Under the pieces are notes generated by a model. That model saw only the letters and a program-made list of their open reading frames with translations, made no database searches and was not told the origin of the DNA. Shown piece by piece: positions 35,736-48,166 of a stretch of 64,000 bases of DNA (the first letter of the stretch is position 1; each line of letters opens with the position of its first letter). Made by a program: the position numbers and the translations under genes. The stretch is taken from positions 434,001 through 498,000 of the forward strand of contig NW_013657673.1 of the NCBI RefSeq assembly GCF_000142905.1, written 5' to 3'. Origin of the DNA: Thecamonas trahens ATCC 50062 (lineage: Eukaryota > Protista > Apusomonadida).

Positions 35736-37924
35736 TCACGGGTTTGGAATGGCGGGAGTGGAGGCAGGAGCGAGGGCGTCCGAGGTGGGTGGCGGGGCGC
35801 TCGGAGTGTGGTGATGGCCGTCGCGATGGTGGTGGTGGTGGTGGTGGTGGTGGTGTTGCGGGGTTGCGACGTCATTGTCGAGATCGTCAAAGTAGTCGAT
35901 GCCCGAGGAGGACGAGTAGGTGTAGGCCGAAAACGACGAGTCGAGCGAGGAGGAGTGGCCGCGGGCCGAATCCGAGGCCGGCATGGTGATGTCGACCTGG
36001 GAAATCTGGATGGAAGTGACACGACGGCCGGCTGTGTCGACCGGGTTCCGGGCGGCTGTGGAATCGGGGGAGGCCGTGGTCGCAAAGGCCTGGACGTCGG
36101 CCGAGGGGGAGTAGAGTGGGTTGGCGAGCGTCGGCGGGGCTTGGTGCCTGCGGACAGGCGGGCCAGAGCGACGCGAGGCGGTTCGCATGTGCTGGTCGCG
36201 GATGTGCTCGTGGATGGCCTTGAAGAGGGCGGTGGAGATAAAGAGACCCTGCGGAGTGTGGAAGACATAGGTCTCGTCGGAGACGGCCGGCTCTGGCTCG
36301 TCAGGCTCGGCGGTGTCGTAGGCAGGAGCGGTGGCGGCGGCGGCGGCGGCGAGGCCGTTGGGGCAGCGGCGACGGACGATGGCTGGCGCGGGATGAGGCG
36401 GGCATTGCCGAGGATGGCATGAGAGCCGGAGCGGAGGAGGCGGGCCTCCTCCGCCTTGAGGATAGTGACAAGCCACTTTGTGTGCGAGTGCTCTCCGCCC
36501 CAGTGGCGGAGCTCCTTAAAGTGGTACTTTGCGATGCGGGTGCGCGAGGTGTGGTCGACAAAGTATATGCGGGACGGCGAGATGCAGATCATAATGCGGT
36601 GCGGAAGGAGGCCGTGGAGCGAGGTCTCGACCTTTGAGGGCATAAAGTACATGGCGCCGTAGTACTCGGAGCGGCGGATGGTGGTGAGGAAGGCGAGGGT
36701 GGCGAGGCCTGTGGAGCGCGGCGGCTCGAGCTGGAGCTGGGCGAGGATGAGGCGCTCCCACTCGTCAGCGGAGCGGCGGGTGAGCGGGGTGTCTGCGGCG
36801 CCTGGCTTGCTCTTAGGGCTACGAGCAGCGCCGGCATGCGGGATGTTGAGGACCGTGGCCGCGGCCGAGGCCGAGGTCTCGACGGCGTCAACAACAAGAA
36901 AGGCCGGGACGTAGTCGGTGAGGATATGGGTGCGGTTGAGGAAGCCGATGCGGTGGACATGCGGGTCGAACGAGCCAAAGGCGGCTTGGAGAGCGAGGGC
37001 CGAAAGGCGGATGGCCTCTTCGTCAGAGCGGATCGGCATGTAGTGGAGATAGGCGTGGCGGGCCTCGTAAAGAAGAGGCGGAGAGCAACAGGGTCGTCAA
37101 GCTCTTTCTCGGCCCAGCGTGAGAAGGACCAACGGCGGAAGACAAGGCGCGAGTGCTTGATGGCGTGTTTGTGCTTGGCGGCGAGCATGTGCGACTCGTA
37201 CTTGTCGAAGCGCTGGACGGTGTGCAAGACAAGCGAGGCCTCGTGCTTCTTGGCCGACTCTAGATGCTCACCCTGCTGGGTGATGTGCGAGCGGGGCTTG
37301 CGGTCGTAGCCACCGATGGAGGGGAAGATGTCAAAGAGGCGGGCACCAGCCCGAGTGAGGCCCAGCTTGTCCGCCATGGCCCCGGTCAGCTGTTCAAAGG
37401 TAGTCGTCGGAGTCAGAGGCAGCACTCTGTACGATCCGTCCATCAGATACACCTCGACCGTCTGCGAAGAAGATAGGTTAGTTACAAGGAAGAGAGGGGC
37501 GGAACAAGGGGGGGGGGGGGGGGGGGGTGCTCCGTCCGGTGTAGTGGGATGATGTTGATGTAAAGGTACAGATCGAGTGCTGCTACTACTGTTGTGTGGT
37601 CGTGGTGCCAGTCCTGGTGCCAGTCCTGGTGCCAGTCCTGGTGCTGGCTCATGACCTGGTTCTGCTGCACATCGTCTGCTCATGTATCTGATCATTTCCT
37701 CTTCACCACTCCCCACCACCTTCCCCATCTTTGTTATCATGGTCTTTGTCTGCCCCCCGTCCACCCCGGTCGCCCCCCCCCCCCCCCCGCCCTCCCGCTC
37801 TCCCCCCTAGCCCACTCTGCCCTGCCCCTGCCCCTGCCCCCTGCCCCTCCCCCTCCGCAACCCCCTTGCCCTCCGCGTGCTCTCCCTCGTCTTCCTCGCC
37901 CTGCTCACGTACTCGGTGCGACAT
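35736..37924 (-). CDS. FERM-domain protein (12-nt first exon, intron 37462-37912, frameshifts at 37069-37071 and 36360-36363)
   Basis: CCCACC ATG TCG CAC CGA|GTACGT...CTAAC...GCAG|ACG gives MSHR|TVEVYLMDGS (F1). LFF|YEARHAYL and EEAIRLSALALQAAFG (F2); YYGAMYF...LRHW...YVFHTPQG (F3). Confidence 0.82.
37604..37645. repeat. 12-bp minisatellite (ggtgccagtcct) x3 in the FERM gene intron
   Basis: Directly visible tandem copies. Confidence 0.85.
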
Positions 37925-39115
37925 GGTGGGCAAGTACAGGTCCCAGACACACACACACGCTCCTGCAGTGGGGTACGTGGAGTGCGGTGCGGTGCGGTTG
38001 AGTGGCCGCTGCGAGTCCCCCCCCCCCCCCCCCCCCCCTCTACCTTTACCTCCTCCTCCTCATCTGGACGGGTTTTGAGATGGGAGGGAAGGATAGGGAT
38101 GGGTGGGTGGAGATACGATCCCCATATCGATGAGCAGGGTATGGAGAGAGGCAGATGCAAGGGGGGGAGGGGGGATGGCTTGGATTGTGGGCGAGGTCCA
38201 GCTCAAGGTGGTTTTGGATATGAGCAGCCACGGGTCTGTAGTGTGTGGGGATGAGAATGAAGGTGAGGTGAGAGAGACTGATCAGAGTATATTGGGCGGT
38301 AGTTGTTTGTGTTAACAACACGTTGTAACAACTGACATGGTCGTACGGGGGCTGCAACACACGCATGCGGTGTTTGACTCTATGGACCGATCTCGGCATG
38401 AGACAGGATCTGTCGATCTTTCGCTTTGCTTGTACTCCTGCACGCGATACACACACATGCACACACTTACACATCGCGCAGGCATGCTCCCCTGTAGCCA
38501 CACCCACACAATCTCTACAATCTACACAATGGTGGACAACATACAGGCCAGCTTTGTTCTGTCATTCCAGAGATGACCCGTCTACAATCTGCTTCAAGAT
38601 GTAGCGCGGGTCAGAATCGCTGACCACCTCGCGCGAGGACTGTGAGCAGCCTTCTCAAGTGCACATTGCTGATGCAGGTTGAACTATGGTGGATTGCAAA
38701 GGTACCTCACGTGATTGCGTGCTGTCATTATTGTGCCTCCGCGGTATCTCCTGAGTACATTGCCGATTACAAGGACGTTGTTATGAGCGGTGGTTTCATC
38801 TTCCGGGACCGGGATAGGAGCCGGGAGTGCCAGACGACGCCTCACATTTTCCCGAGTCTACGAGAAAGTAGGCATCAGAGGATGATCTACTTGGGGCAAT
38901 GGGCAAGACTGCAGGCCGTTGGCTTGTGCTTACATCGTATGCCGTGTGCGTGTTGCAGGTGGTCAGGCTATTGCCACAAGAAATGCCATTTTTTTTTCCC
39001 CGGCGGCACGGCACGTAGCGCCACCACCGATGCAAGCAGACGAACTGGTGAGCCCTCGTCCTCGAGCCAAGTTGAGAGCCACCAGGCCACCACTCGGCTC
39101 GTCGACCTCTTTGCC

Positions 39116-39425
39116 ATGATTCGGTCCATCAAGCGCAAGACCATCCGTCAGCTCGGGGGCTCACACCATGCCCTTCAAATTGCTATCCAGGAGGAGCGGG
39201 TATGTTGTGGGGGGAAAGGGGTGCCGGGAGGGGGGGAAGGGGGGGGGGGGAGGGGAGGGTGCGCCAGGTGGGAGTGCGGCGTTTTTCTTGGCGCTGGAGT
39301 TTTGGCTGGAAGGGGGGGGAGGGAGGGGGGAAAGAGGAAGGGGAAGGGACTTATGAATAGGTGTGTATGTATGTCTGTGTGTGTATTTGCGTGTGTATGT
39401 GTGTGTGTGTATGTATGTATGTGTG

Positions 39426-39457
<32 letters not shown>

Positions 39458-42160
39458 CTTGGGGGTGTGCGTGTGCGGGTCATGCATGGGGACAGAACAC
39501 GGCAAAGGCTGAGGAGAAGCTGATCAAGCAGTGGGGTGCGATGAACAAGTATGTGTGGACTTGGGCAGAGACGCAGACGCCCGAGCTGGAGGATATCATG
39601 CGGCGGGTGATCGAGCTGGAAGATGCGGTGGTGGACAAGCTGGAGAATATGAAGAAGCGGAGGGAGGGTCTGACTCAGATGCTGCTTGACATCCTGGAGC
39701 AGGAGAAGGTGTACGATGACGTGTGCAAGGAGCACCAGAGCGCGATCTCGACGACGGAGAAGGCGCGCAAGAAGCTGACCAAGGCGCAGAAGAAGGGCGT
39801 GGCTGTGCCTGAGGCGCAGGACGAGGTGCGGACTGCTGAGGCTGCGCAGTCGCGGGCCAGCAAGGACGAGGACGACAAGCAGGTCGAGGTCAAGAAGTTC
39901 AAGAACGCCCGCCTCAAGACTGGGTACGCGGTGTACTGCAAGCAGATGGCCAAGCTCATGCACGAGGCTGCGCAGCTGTTTGAGGACCAGCGCGAGATCA
40001 TCGCCACCATCCCGGACGTGCAAGGCTGCAAGAACGGCGAGTGGATTCTCGGCGACCCGGTCCCGTCGTTTGTCTTTGGCAAGTCGCTGGCCTCGATCTA
40101 CGACCGCGAGCACTGCGAGATCCCGTACGTCCTTCGCTCGATTGTCTCGTACCTCGACGCCAAGGAGGCCCATCTAATGGAGGGCATCTTCCGGCTGTCG
40201 GGTGCCACCTCGGAGGTCGACAAGCTCCACGAGCTCTTTGACCGCGGTGAGGAGTTTGAGCTTGCCGACGAGTGCACGGACGAGTACGCCGCTGCCGCCC
40301 TAATCAAGGCATGGCTCCGCGAGCTCCCCGAGTCTCTTATCCCGTCGTCGGCCTACCCTTCGTTCATGGCTGCCCTCGAGAAGACGACTGAGGATGAGAG
40401 TGTTGAGGTTCTCCGAGCCTGCGTTGCTGATCTCGCACCACAGCGCCGCGCCGTTCTTGCCTTTCTCCTCAGGTACTTTCACCGCGTCGCCAAGTCGTTC
40501 AAGAGCAACAAGATGTCGGCCAACAACCTCGCCATTGTCCTTGGCCCCAACATCCTGCGCCTCCCCGACCTCTCGCCATACGAGGAGATGGTCGCAGGGC
40601 AGAATGTCAACGATGTCACTGCTCTCCTCATCAAGCGTGCCGATGTGATTCTTGGGGAGGACCTCGGCGGCGACTCTTCAGCTGGGACCAAGGCCGAGGC
40701 CGAGGCAGCTGCAGCAGCGCAGGCCGAGGCCGAGGCAGCTGCAGCAGCGCAGGCACAGGCTCAGACCGAGGCAGCTGCTGCAGCGCAGGCACAGGCTCAG
40801 GCCGAGGCAGCTGCAGCAGCGCAGGCACAGGCTCAGGCCGAGGCAGCTGCCGCGGCACAGGCACAGGCCGAGGCCGAGGCCGACGGCAGNNNNNNNNNNN
40901 NNNNNNNNNNNNNNNNNNNNNNNNNNNNNNNNNNNNNNNNNNNNNNNNNNNNNNNNNNNNNNNNNNNNNNNNNNNNNNNNNNNNNNNNNTGCAGCAGCGC
41001 AGGCTCAGGCCGAGGCAGCTGCCGCGGCGCAGGCACAGGCTCAGGCTCAGGCCGAGGCAGCTGCCGCGGCGCAGGCACAGGCTCAGGCTCAGGCCGAGGC
41101 AGCTGCCGCGGCGCAGCGAAGTGAGGTCACCTAGCTCCTAATCAAGGCATGGCTCCGCGAGCTCCCCGAGTCTCTTATCCCGTCGTCGGCCTACCCGTCG
41201 TTCATGGCTGCCCTCGAGAAGACGACTGAGGATGAGAGTGTTGACGTTCTCCGAGCCTGCGTTGCTGATCTCGCACCACAGCGCCGCGCCGTTCTTGCCT
41301 TTCTCCTCAGGTACTTTCACCGCGTCGCCAAGTCGTTCAAGAGCAACAAGATGTCGGCCAACAACCTCGCCATTGTCCTTGGCCCCAACATCCTGCGCCT
41401 CCCCGACCTCTCGCCATACGAGGAGATGGTCGCAGGGCAGAATGTCAACGATGTCACTGCTCTCCTCATCAAGCGTGCCGATGTGATTCTTGGGGAGGAC
41501 CTCGGCGGCGACTCTTCAGCTGGGACCAAGGCCGAGGCCGAGGCAGCTGCAGCAGCGCAGGCCGAGGCCGAGGCAGCTGCAGCAGCGCAGGCACAGGCTC
41601 AGACCGAGGCAGCTGCTGCAGCGCAGGCACAGGCTCAGGCCGAGGCAGCTGCAGCAGCGCAGGCACAGGCTCAGGCCGAGGCAGCTGCCGCGGCACAGGC
41701 ACAGGCCGAGGCCGAGGCCGAGGCAGCTGCAGCAGCGCAGGCTCAGGCCGAGGCAGCTGCCGCGGCGCAGGCACAGGCTCAGGCTCAGGCCGAGGCAGCT
41801 GCCGCGGCGCAGGCACAGGCTCAGGCTCAGGCCGAGGCAGCTGCCGCGGCGCAGGCGCAGGCTCAGGCCGAGGCAGCTGCCGCGGCGCAGGCGCAGGCTC
41901 AGGCCGAGGCAGCGGCACGGGCACAATCCGCCGAGGCGGTCCGTGCTCAGGCCGAAGCAGCCTCGGCGGCAGCAGCCTCGGCAGCGGCGGCGGCCCTCGA
42001 AATGAGTGACGACGAGCCGCCGGCCAATGACGACGCCACCCTTGATGACCTCATGTCCCAACTTGACGATCCCGACGTCGCATCCCCTGCTGCGGCTCCG
42101 CCCATAGCCTCGGCTGACATCAATGACGCACTTGCAGAGCTGGACAGTCTCGGCTTTTAA
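39116..42160 (+). CDS. RhoGAP with an N-terminal BAR-like helical region and A/Q/E-repeat tail (intron 39200-39495; disrupted by a gap and a duplicated segment)
   Basis: Exon 1 MIRSIKRK...QEER|GTATGT, acceptor GACAG|AAC, phase 0. [14 protein letters not shown] (arginine finger), [14 protein letters not shown] and [17 protein letters not shown] are diagnostic RhoGAP motifs. Confidence 0.88.
39361..39458. repeat. imperfect (TG)n microsatellite in the RhoGAP intron
   Basis: Directly visible. Confidence 0.95.
40299..41920 (+). repeat. near-identical direct duplication (offset 838 bp) of the RhoGAP 3' half plus [10 protein letters not shown] minisatellite, spanning the 100-N gap at 40890-40989
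   Basis: 40299-~40883 matches 41137-~41721; differences seen at 40359/41197 and 40407/41245. Confidence 0.9.
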
Positions 42161-42317
42161 ACTTATGGCCTTCCTTCTGCACGCCATCCGCGCCGTGGGC
42201 TTCCCGCCTCCATCCCATCGCGCCTGCCGATCGATCACAACCGGATCGTGATCACCCGGCTTTGGGAGAGCAAGCCAGCCCCTTCTTGGCGCCAAGCTCA
42301 CACTCGACGCGAGCGGC

Positions 42318-45300
42318 ATGCTGTCGTCGACAGCTTCACCAAGCCCAACGCCTGAGGGCTCTATCCAGACGGAGAGCTCGTCTGTGTCGTATGACGCCGT
42401 CTCTATGAACTTCTCGTCCTTTGACGAGGTCGTCGACGCCGAGCCGGTCTTGGCGCCAACTTCTGCTGCTGGCCAGGCGGCGACTTCCGCCGAGTCAGGC
42501 ACCGCCATGCTGGGTTACCAGATGGCGACCGAGTCCCCGCCAGCAACTCCAGATGCCTCGGACGTCTCGACTGCGTCGTCGTCGGCTACGCCCTCGCTTT
42601 CACTCTCGCTCTCGCTCTCACCGCTCGACTCGCCCGCACCGCTCGACCCGCAACGCCCGCCTGCCCGCTCCGCCGCTCCGCCATCGGTCCCGCAGCCGTT
42701 CCGCTTTGGCGAGACAAACAGGAGTTCAGGCGAGCCGAGACAGATCGATGATGCCCGCCGTGGCCTCGATGCCGAGAATGCGTACACCAAGTTCAAGAAG
42801 ACTGAAGCCATCGCTGCCGGCGGACTGCGCCCGCGCGCTGCCGCGGCGCCTCGGGCTCCGCTCAGAACTCTCTCGGCCAACGCCTTTCGCAGCAAGCTGC
42901 ACGACACCCTCGTCGCTTCGCGCATCATCCCGACCATGCAAGCCCAGTTGCGGACACAGATCCTCGAGTCGCTCCGCGGCATTTCTGGAAAGGGTCTGGT
43001 GCCCAAGTCGAGCGCGGCCAGCGACACGTCGGCCTCGCTCACCGACCTCGCCATCAACAGACTCATCGCGCAGTACTGCGAGGCCGCCGGCTACCACTAC
43101 GCGCTCTCGGTTTTCATGCCCGAGTCAGGCACTGCTCTCGAGTCGCCGCTCGACCGCAGTGACGTGCTCAAAGCACTCGGCCTCGCTGCCGACGCCGTTC
43201 CCGACGATGGTAGCGCGAGGTCGTGGCTGGCGCAGATTGTGGCCGCGCTCGCCGCGCACCCCAGGTTCAAGGGCACCCTCGTTGATGCGGGGTCTCAGAC
43301 GTTGGAGACCGGCATGGCGCCGGGCTCGTCGCTCGACTCAAAGCTCGCTGCAGTTGACATGGCCATGAACACCAGGCTCGGCGGCGCCGGGAGCACGGCT
43401 GGCTCGACGGCGTCGATGGAGGAGCAAATGGCGGTGTTTGAGCGTGAGCTTACCTTGCGCATGCAAGATCAGCTGCGCGAGCAGATGGCCCAGTTCAAGT
43501 CGGCCGAGCTCTCGTCGATGCGGCTGCAGGAGGCCGCCAAGCATCGGGCACAGCTTGCGGCTGAAAAGGAGGCGCTCGAGCGCGAGTATGCTGCCCGGGC
43601 CGGGCGCTGGACGATCGCGACGCCGAGCTCAACCGCCGCCTCAAGCGCAAGCACAAGGATTCAGAGTACGTGCTCCAGCAGGAGCGGGCCTCATTGCTGG
43701 AGGAGATGGCGGCCGTCAAGGCAGCGGCTGCAGAGCGCGATGCCGCGCTCGACCTTGCTCGTCGCAAGCTCGAGCTGGAGCGCGAGGAACTCCGTGCTCG
43801 CCGGGCAGCCCTCGATGCCGAAGCCAACGAGCTCGACGAGGCCCGCGCCGCTGCCAAGGCCAAGGCCTGGGACGACTTTGCCCGCTACAAGCAAGAGTAC
43901 GAGGCACTGCAGCGGGACAAAAACGCCGCTCTTGCCGCAGACCGTTCGTTCCTTGACGAGGAGCTTGCTGCGCTCGCCGAGCGCAAGGCCAAGCTCGGCT
44001 CGCTGCCTGCAGAGGCTTCTGAGCTCCGCTCTGAGCTCTCTGCCGCCAAGGCTGCTCTCGCAGACGCAACTGCCGAGCTCAACACGCTGCGCGCTGCCAA
44101 GGAAGCGGCAACATCGAAGGAGGTCGAGTGGCTCGCACTCTATACCCAGATCACTGACGAGCTGGCCGAGGCCCAGTCGGTGGCCGCCCAGTCCGAGCAA
44201 GAGCTCGCTGCCGCCCGCCTCCGCATCATCGAGCTCGAGCACGACGGTGCGAGCAGGGGTGCCGCAGCGCCTAGCGCATCGGTTGCTGCTGCCACCCGGG
44301 CGGAGCTCTACCCTGCGCCGGAAATTGACTCGGTCTTCTCCGAGTACGCGGCTCGTGACTCGCCGGTCAAGCTGGCTCGACCGCGCGACGCGCGCGAGGC
44401 TGCGCGCGAAGCTGGACACGGCAGCGAGTCTGCGCCGAGTGGGGCGGGCACTAGCGATGTGCTGGCCCGTGCGCAGGCCCAGATTGCGGCGCTCGCCAAG
44501 GAGGAGGCCGAGCTCCAGTCCAAGCTCTTTTCTCAGTCGCGGGTCTTGCGGCATGGCCAGAGCTCGCCGCCGCCGCCTGCCCAGCTGCCGTATGCGCCGG
44601 CGCGGTCGACCACTCCGCCACGGGAGCCTGCGGCTCAGCCACAGTCGCCGGTTGATGTGGAGCGGCATCTGAGCTGCATTCGCGGCGGTGAGCTGCGCCC
44701 GCTGGCAGGCAGCGGAGCTCTTCCGCTTGAAGAGCGCATCCGCCGGCAGATGGGGTCACCGCCACGGAGCGAGGACCGCAACGATCAGGAGGCACGACTG
44801 CGCGCCGAGCGCGAGGCCCACGAGGCTGCGCTCCGCTCGGAGCGTGCCGCCGAAGAGGCGCGGCTGCAAGCGAAGCGTGCGGCGGCCGAGGAGGCGCAAC
44901 GTGCGGCGCAGACCGAGATTGCGCGAATTCGGGCTGAGGCTGAGGAGGCCAAGCGGGCTGCGGAGCGTGAGGCCCACGAGGCGAGCACCCAGATTGCTGC
45001 CGCGCGTGCGGCAGCTGAAGCCGAGGCCGGGTCTGTCGCCGCTGCCGAGGCTGCGCGGATCAAGGCCGAGACCGCGGCCTACCGCGAGGCGGCAGCGGCT
45101 GAGACTGCAGCCCAAGTTGAGGCGGCACAGGCAGCACTTGCTGCTGCCGAGGCCAAGGCTGCGGCCCACCGTGAGGCGGCGGTCGTCGAAGCTGATCGGG
45201 TCCGTGCCGAGGCGGTAGCTGCTGCCAGCGCCGAGGTCGAGCGGATTCGGGCCGAGGCTGAGCAGCAGCGTATCGAAGCGGCTGCAGCACTGGCCGCCGA

Positions 45301-46330
45301 AACCGAGGCTGCGCGAGAGGCTGCCGCCGCCGAGATCGAGCGTGTCAAGGCTGAGGCTGCTGCCGAGGCCGAGCGTGTCAAGGCGGAAGCTGCAGCTGCT
45401 GCCGCCGAGGCTGAGCGTGTCAAGACCGAGGCTGCTGCCGAGGCCGAGCGTGCCAAGGCGGAAGCCGCGGCCGCGGCACGGCGCGAGCAGGACCGCCGCG
45501 ACCAAGAAGAGCTCGAGCGGCAGGAGCGGGCAGCGGCGCGTGACGCTCGGCTCCGAGAGCAGCAGCGTGAGATGGAGGCCCGGCTGGCGGAGCAGGCTTC
45601 GGCGGCTGCGGCGGCAATGCCGACCGAGACAGCCACGCCAGCGGGTGTGTCAACTGGACTCCAAACGCAGGCAGTCGGGATGGCCGACGCCGGGACTTCA
45701 CCGATGGCGATGCGCCAAGACTCACCGCCTATGGCTTCGTCCGGCTCAACGCTCGAGTCCATCTCGTTTGAGGACACCGACGACGACCTTGACGAGCTCC
45801 TGTCGTACGGCGTGGGTGGTGCGGGCAGCGCCGTTGGCGCGAGCGGCGGTGCGGCTCGCGCGCCGCCGGTATTCGAATCGCAATTCCGTCCGCCTCGTCT
45901 CCCGCAGTTTGATGCTGAGCAGGAGGCGCGGTTGGCGCGCGAGCTGCAAGAGCGCGAGGCTCGGATCGAGAGCGAAAAGTCGCTCCGTGCAACTGGTGCT
46001 CGCCAGGCACCGGCCGACGATCCGGTTGAGACGCAGGTGCGGATCGAGACCGAACGGGCGGAGCGGCTTGCGCGCGAAGACGCGGCGGCAGCTGCGGACC
46101 TCGCGTCGCAGCTTGACGATGAGCAGGCCAAGTTTTTCGCCATGGCCAAGGCCAAGCGCGAGCGCGAGCGGGCGGCGTCGGAGGCGGCGGCGACAGAGCC
46201 CGGCCGGCACGGCTCGTCGTCGACGTCGGCGTCGTCAGTGGACGAGCTTCTGCTCGATGACTCGGACCTTGATGCGCCCGCCGGTGGGTATGGCGGACTG
46301 GGCGACGACGATGACGACGAACTGTGGTGA
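42318..46330 (+). CDS. OFD1: OFD1-like centriole/basal-body protein (TOF/LisH plus coiled coil; frameshift at ~43600-43604)
   Basis: FRSKLHDTL...MQAQLRTQILESL, INRLIAQYCEAAGYHYALSVFMPESG (LisH) and FKSAELSSMRLQE match the OFD1 N-terminus. One added base joins ORF 43670..46330 (ARA|RALDDRDAELNRRL). Start codon uncertain. Confidence 0.8.
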
Positions 46331-46369
46331 GCGGTAAAAAACAGAGAGTGAGAGCAGAGGAGACGGCAT

Positions 46370-46906
46370 TTACTTGCTTGTGATGATGTCCTTAGCGAGT
46401 GCCGAGACGGCCTTGCCATCGGTCACGCCCGAGTCGATGAGCGAGCGGAGGCGCGACATGACGGCGCCCATGTCCTTCATCGACGACGCACCCGAGTCAG
46501 CAACAGCCTCGGTGACGGCAGCATGGAGGGCATCGGCGTCCATCTGGGCAGGCAGGTACGAGGTGATGATGTTCTTCTCCTCCAGCTCTTTGGCGGCCTG
46601 CTCGGGGCGGCCTGCGCCGTCAAAGGCAGCCGCAGCCTCATCGCGCTGCGCGGCGAGCTTGCGAAGGACGGAGATGACCTCGGCATCCGAGTAGCTCTCG
46701 CCGCGAACCTTCTCGCCTGATGTGATCTCTGCCCGGATCAGACGCAGCGTGTCCAGCTTGACCGCGTCCTTGGCCTTCATGGCCACCTTCATGTCCGCCA
46801 TCAGGTCGGCCTTGAGCGGCGCCGCCGCTGCCCATCCACCAGCAAACCCACGCGCGACTGCGCCCACCACCGCATGCATTTCTCCTCCCATGGTCATCCG
46901 CAGCAT
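46370..46906 (-). CDS. YqeY/GatB-domain protein (Aim41-like, probably mitochondrial)
   Basis: LMADMKVAMKAKD...TLRLIRAEI, YLPAQM, GASSMKDMGAVM and DGKAVS; N-terminal extension. Confidence 0.9.
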   Translation of the reverse strand: MLRMTMGGEMHAVVGAVARGFAGGWAAAAPLKADLMADMKVAMKAKDAVKLDTLRLIRAEITSGEKVRGESYSDAEVISVLRKLAAQRDEAAAAFDGAGRPEQAAKELEEKNIITSYLPAQMDADALHAAVTEAVADSGASSMKDMGAVMSRLRSLIDSGVTDGKAVSALAKDIITSK

Positions 46907-47421
46907 CGTCCCCTGTTTGCCCGTCAAGTGTGCCCACCCCAGCTCGGACTGCCCTGCTGCTGCCGCTGGCCGTGGGATGCCGCGTCGGGGCAGCTGCAGA
47001 CGACGCCCATGGCCATCCTGCCGCCATCTACCGCCCCCCCCCCCCCCCCTCCCCTCCTCCTCCCCTTCTCACTTCTTTTCTTCTCCTATCCGTCCGGCCC
47101 ATCCGGTTTGCCCGATCCGCCCAATCCCCTTGATCCCAACCCCCTCGGTGTTGTTGTTGGCCAGCTCGGCTGGCATTGGGTAGGCGACGGGCGGCGGCTG
47201 GCGGCTGGTCGGCCGGCGGCTGGCGGCTTGTCGACTGGCCAACTACGACCCTTTCGGACGGATTTCAGGAAGGTGACATGGAGCAGGAGGAGCAGGAGGA
47301 GCAGGAGCAGGAGCAGGAGGAGGAGGGGGAGTCTGCACAGCTGGGCATTGCTCTGCACGCAAGCGGATAGTCACAGGCACAACAAGGGTCATTAACTGGA
47401 TATGGAGAGTCTGGGTCCGCA

Positions 47422-48117
47422 GGGAGCTTTGACGTGGCCGGTCAGGTCGGCGGCGAGGAGGTGGCGGTGGCGGTGGCGGTGGCGGGAGACTGGCTGGTCT
47501 CCCAGGGCTGGCGACTCGCGGCGTATGCCTTGGCGCCATCGGTGCTCCAGACAGCACCCGTGGGCATTGTAGCTGTTGACGTGGGATACATGGGCGAGGA
47601 TGATGACGGTTCGCCAGGCGATGCGGGCTCGCCAGGCCAGGCATCGGAACCGTCTGGTCCACGGGAGGTCGATGAGGCCACATGGTTGGCAAGGTCGCGA
47701 GTGCTGGAGGTCGACGTGGCTCGCCGGGAGGTGGTGACGGTTCTAGCTGCCCGACCAAGGGCATTGGCGGCGGAGACTGCGGCACTGGTAGGCGCGCAGA
47801 CGGCGCGGGTGGGGATGGATGAGAGCAGCGACGATGACGATGATGAGGTTACTGGCGAGCGTGTGGCCGGCGCTGCGGCCGAGGCTGGGGAGGCGGAATC
47901 GAGCACGGCCGCGCCGCCGGCGATGGTCGGCGTGGACGATGACCTTGCTGCCGTGGTGAAGGCGCGGTCGGTCGAGTACTACCTGCAGCAAGCGGCAGAG
48001 CTGCTCGGCGAGGAGGGCGGGGATGAGGGTAGCGGCGAGGGTAGCGGCGAGCGCAGCGGCGGCGGCGAGAACTCGCTGGTGGACGTCTCGCTAGATTCAC
48101 TCGATGGCGAGGCGTGA
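47422..48117 (+). CDS. hypothetical acidic protein (probably the last exon)
   Basis: Open frame with gene-like codon usage; possible acceptor CCGCAG at ~47422; no recognisable domain. Confidence 0.4.
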   Translation, partial: GSFDVAGQVGGEEVAVAVAVAGDWLVSQGWRLAAYALAPSVLQTAPVGIVAVDVGYMGEDDDGSPGDAGSPGQASEPSGPREVDEATWLARSRVLEVDVARREVVTVLAARPRALAAETAALVGAQTARVGMDESSDDDDDEVTGERVAGAAAEAGEAESSTAAPPAMVGVDDDLAAVVKARSVEYYLQQAAELLGEEGGDEGSGEGSGERSGGGENSLVDVSLDSLDGEA

Positions 48118-48166
48118 CTACGGGCCAATGCCAGGCTACAGTGCGGCGTGCAAAGGCACACGGCTG

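Noticed and set aside
35454-36422. Long + strand ORF overlapping the STAND-DEP and FERM gene ends
   Set aside because: Low-complexity antisense shadow of the FERM gene tail.
38000-39110. Lower-GC spacer and ORF 38642..39523 as a separate gene or mobile element
   Set aside because: No domain, terminal repeats or transposase seen; the ORF runs through RhoGAP exon 1 into an intron microsatellite.
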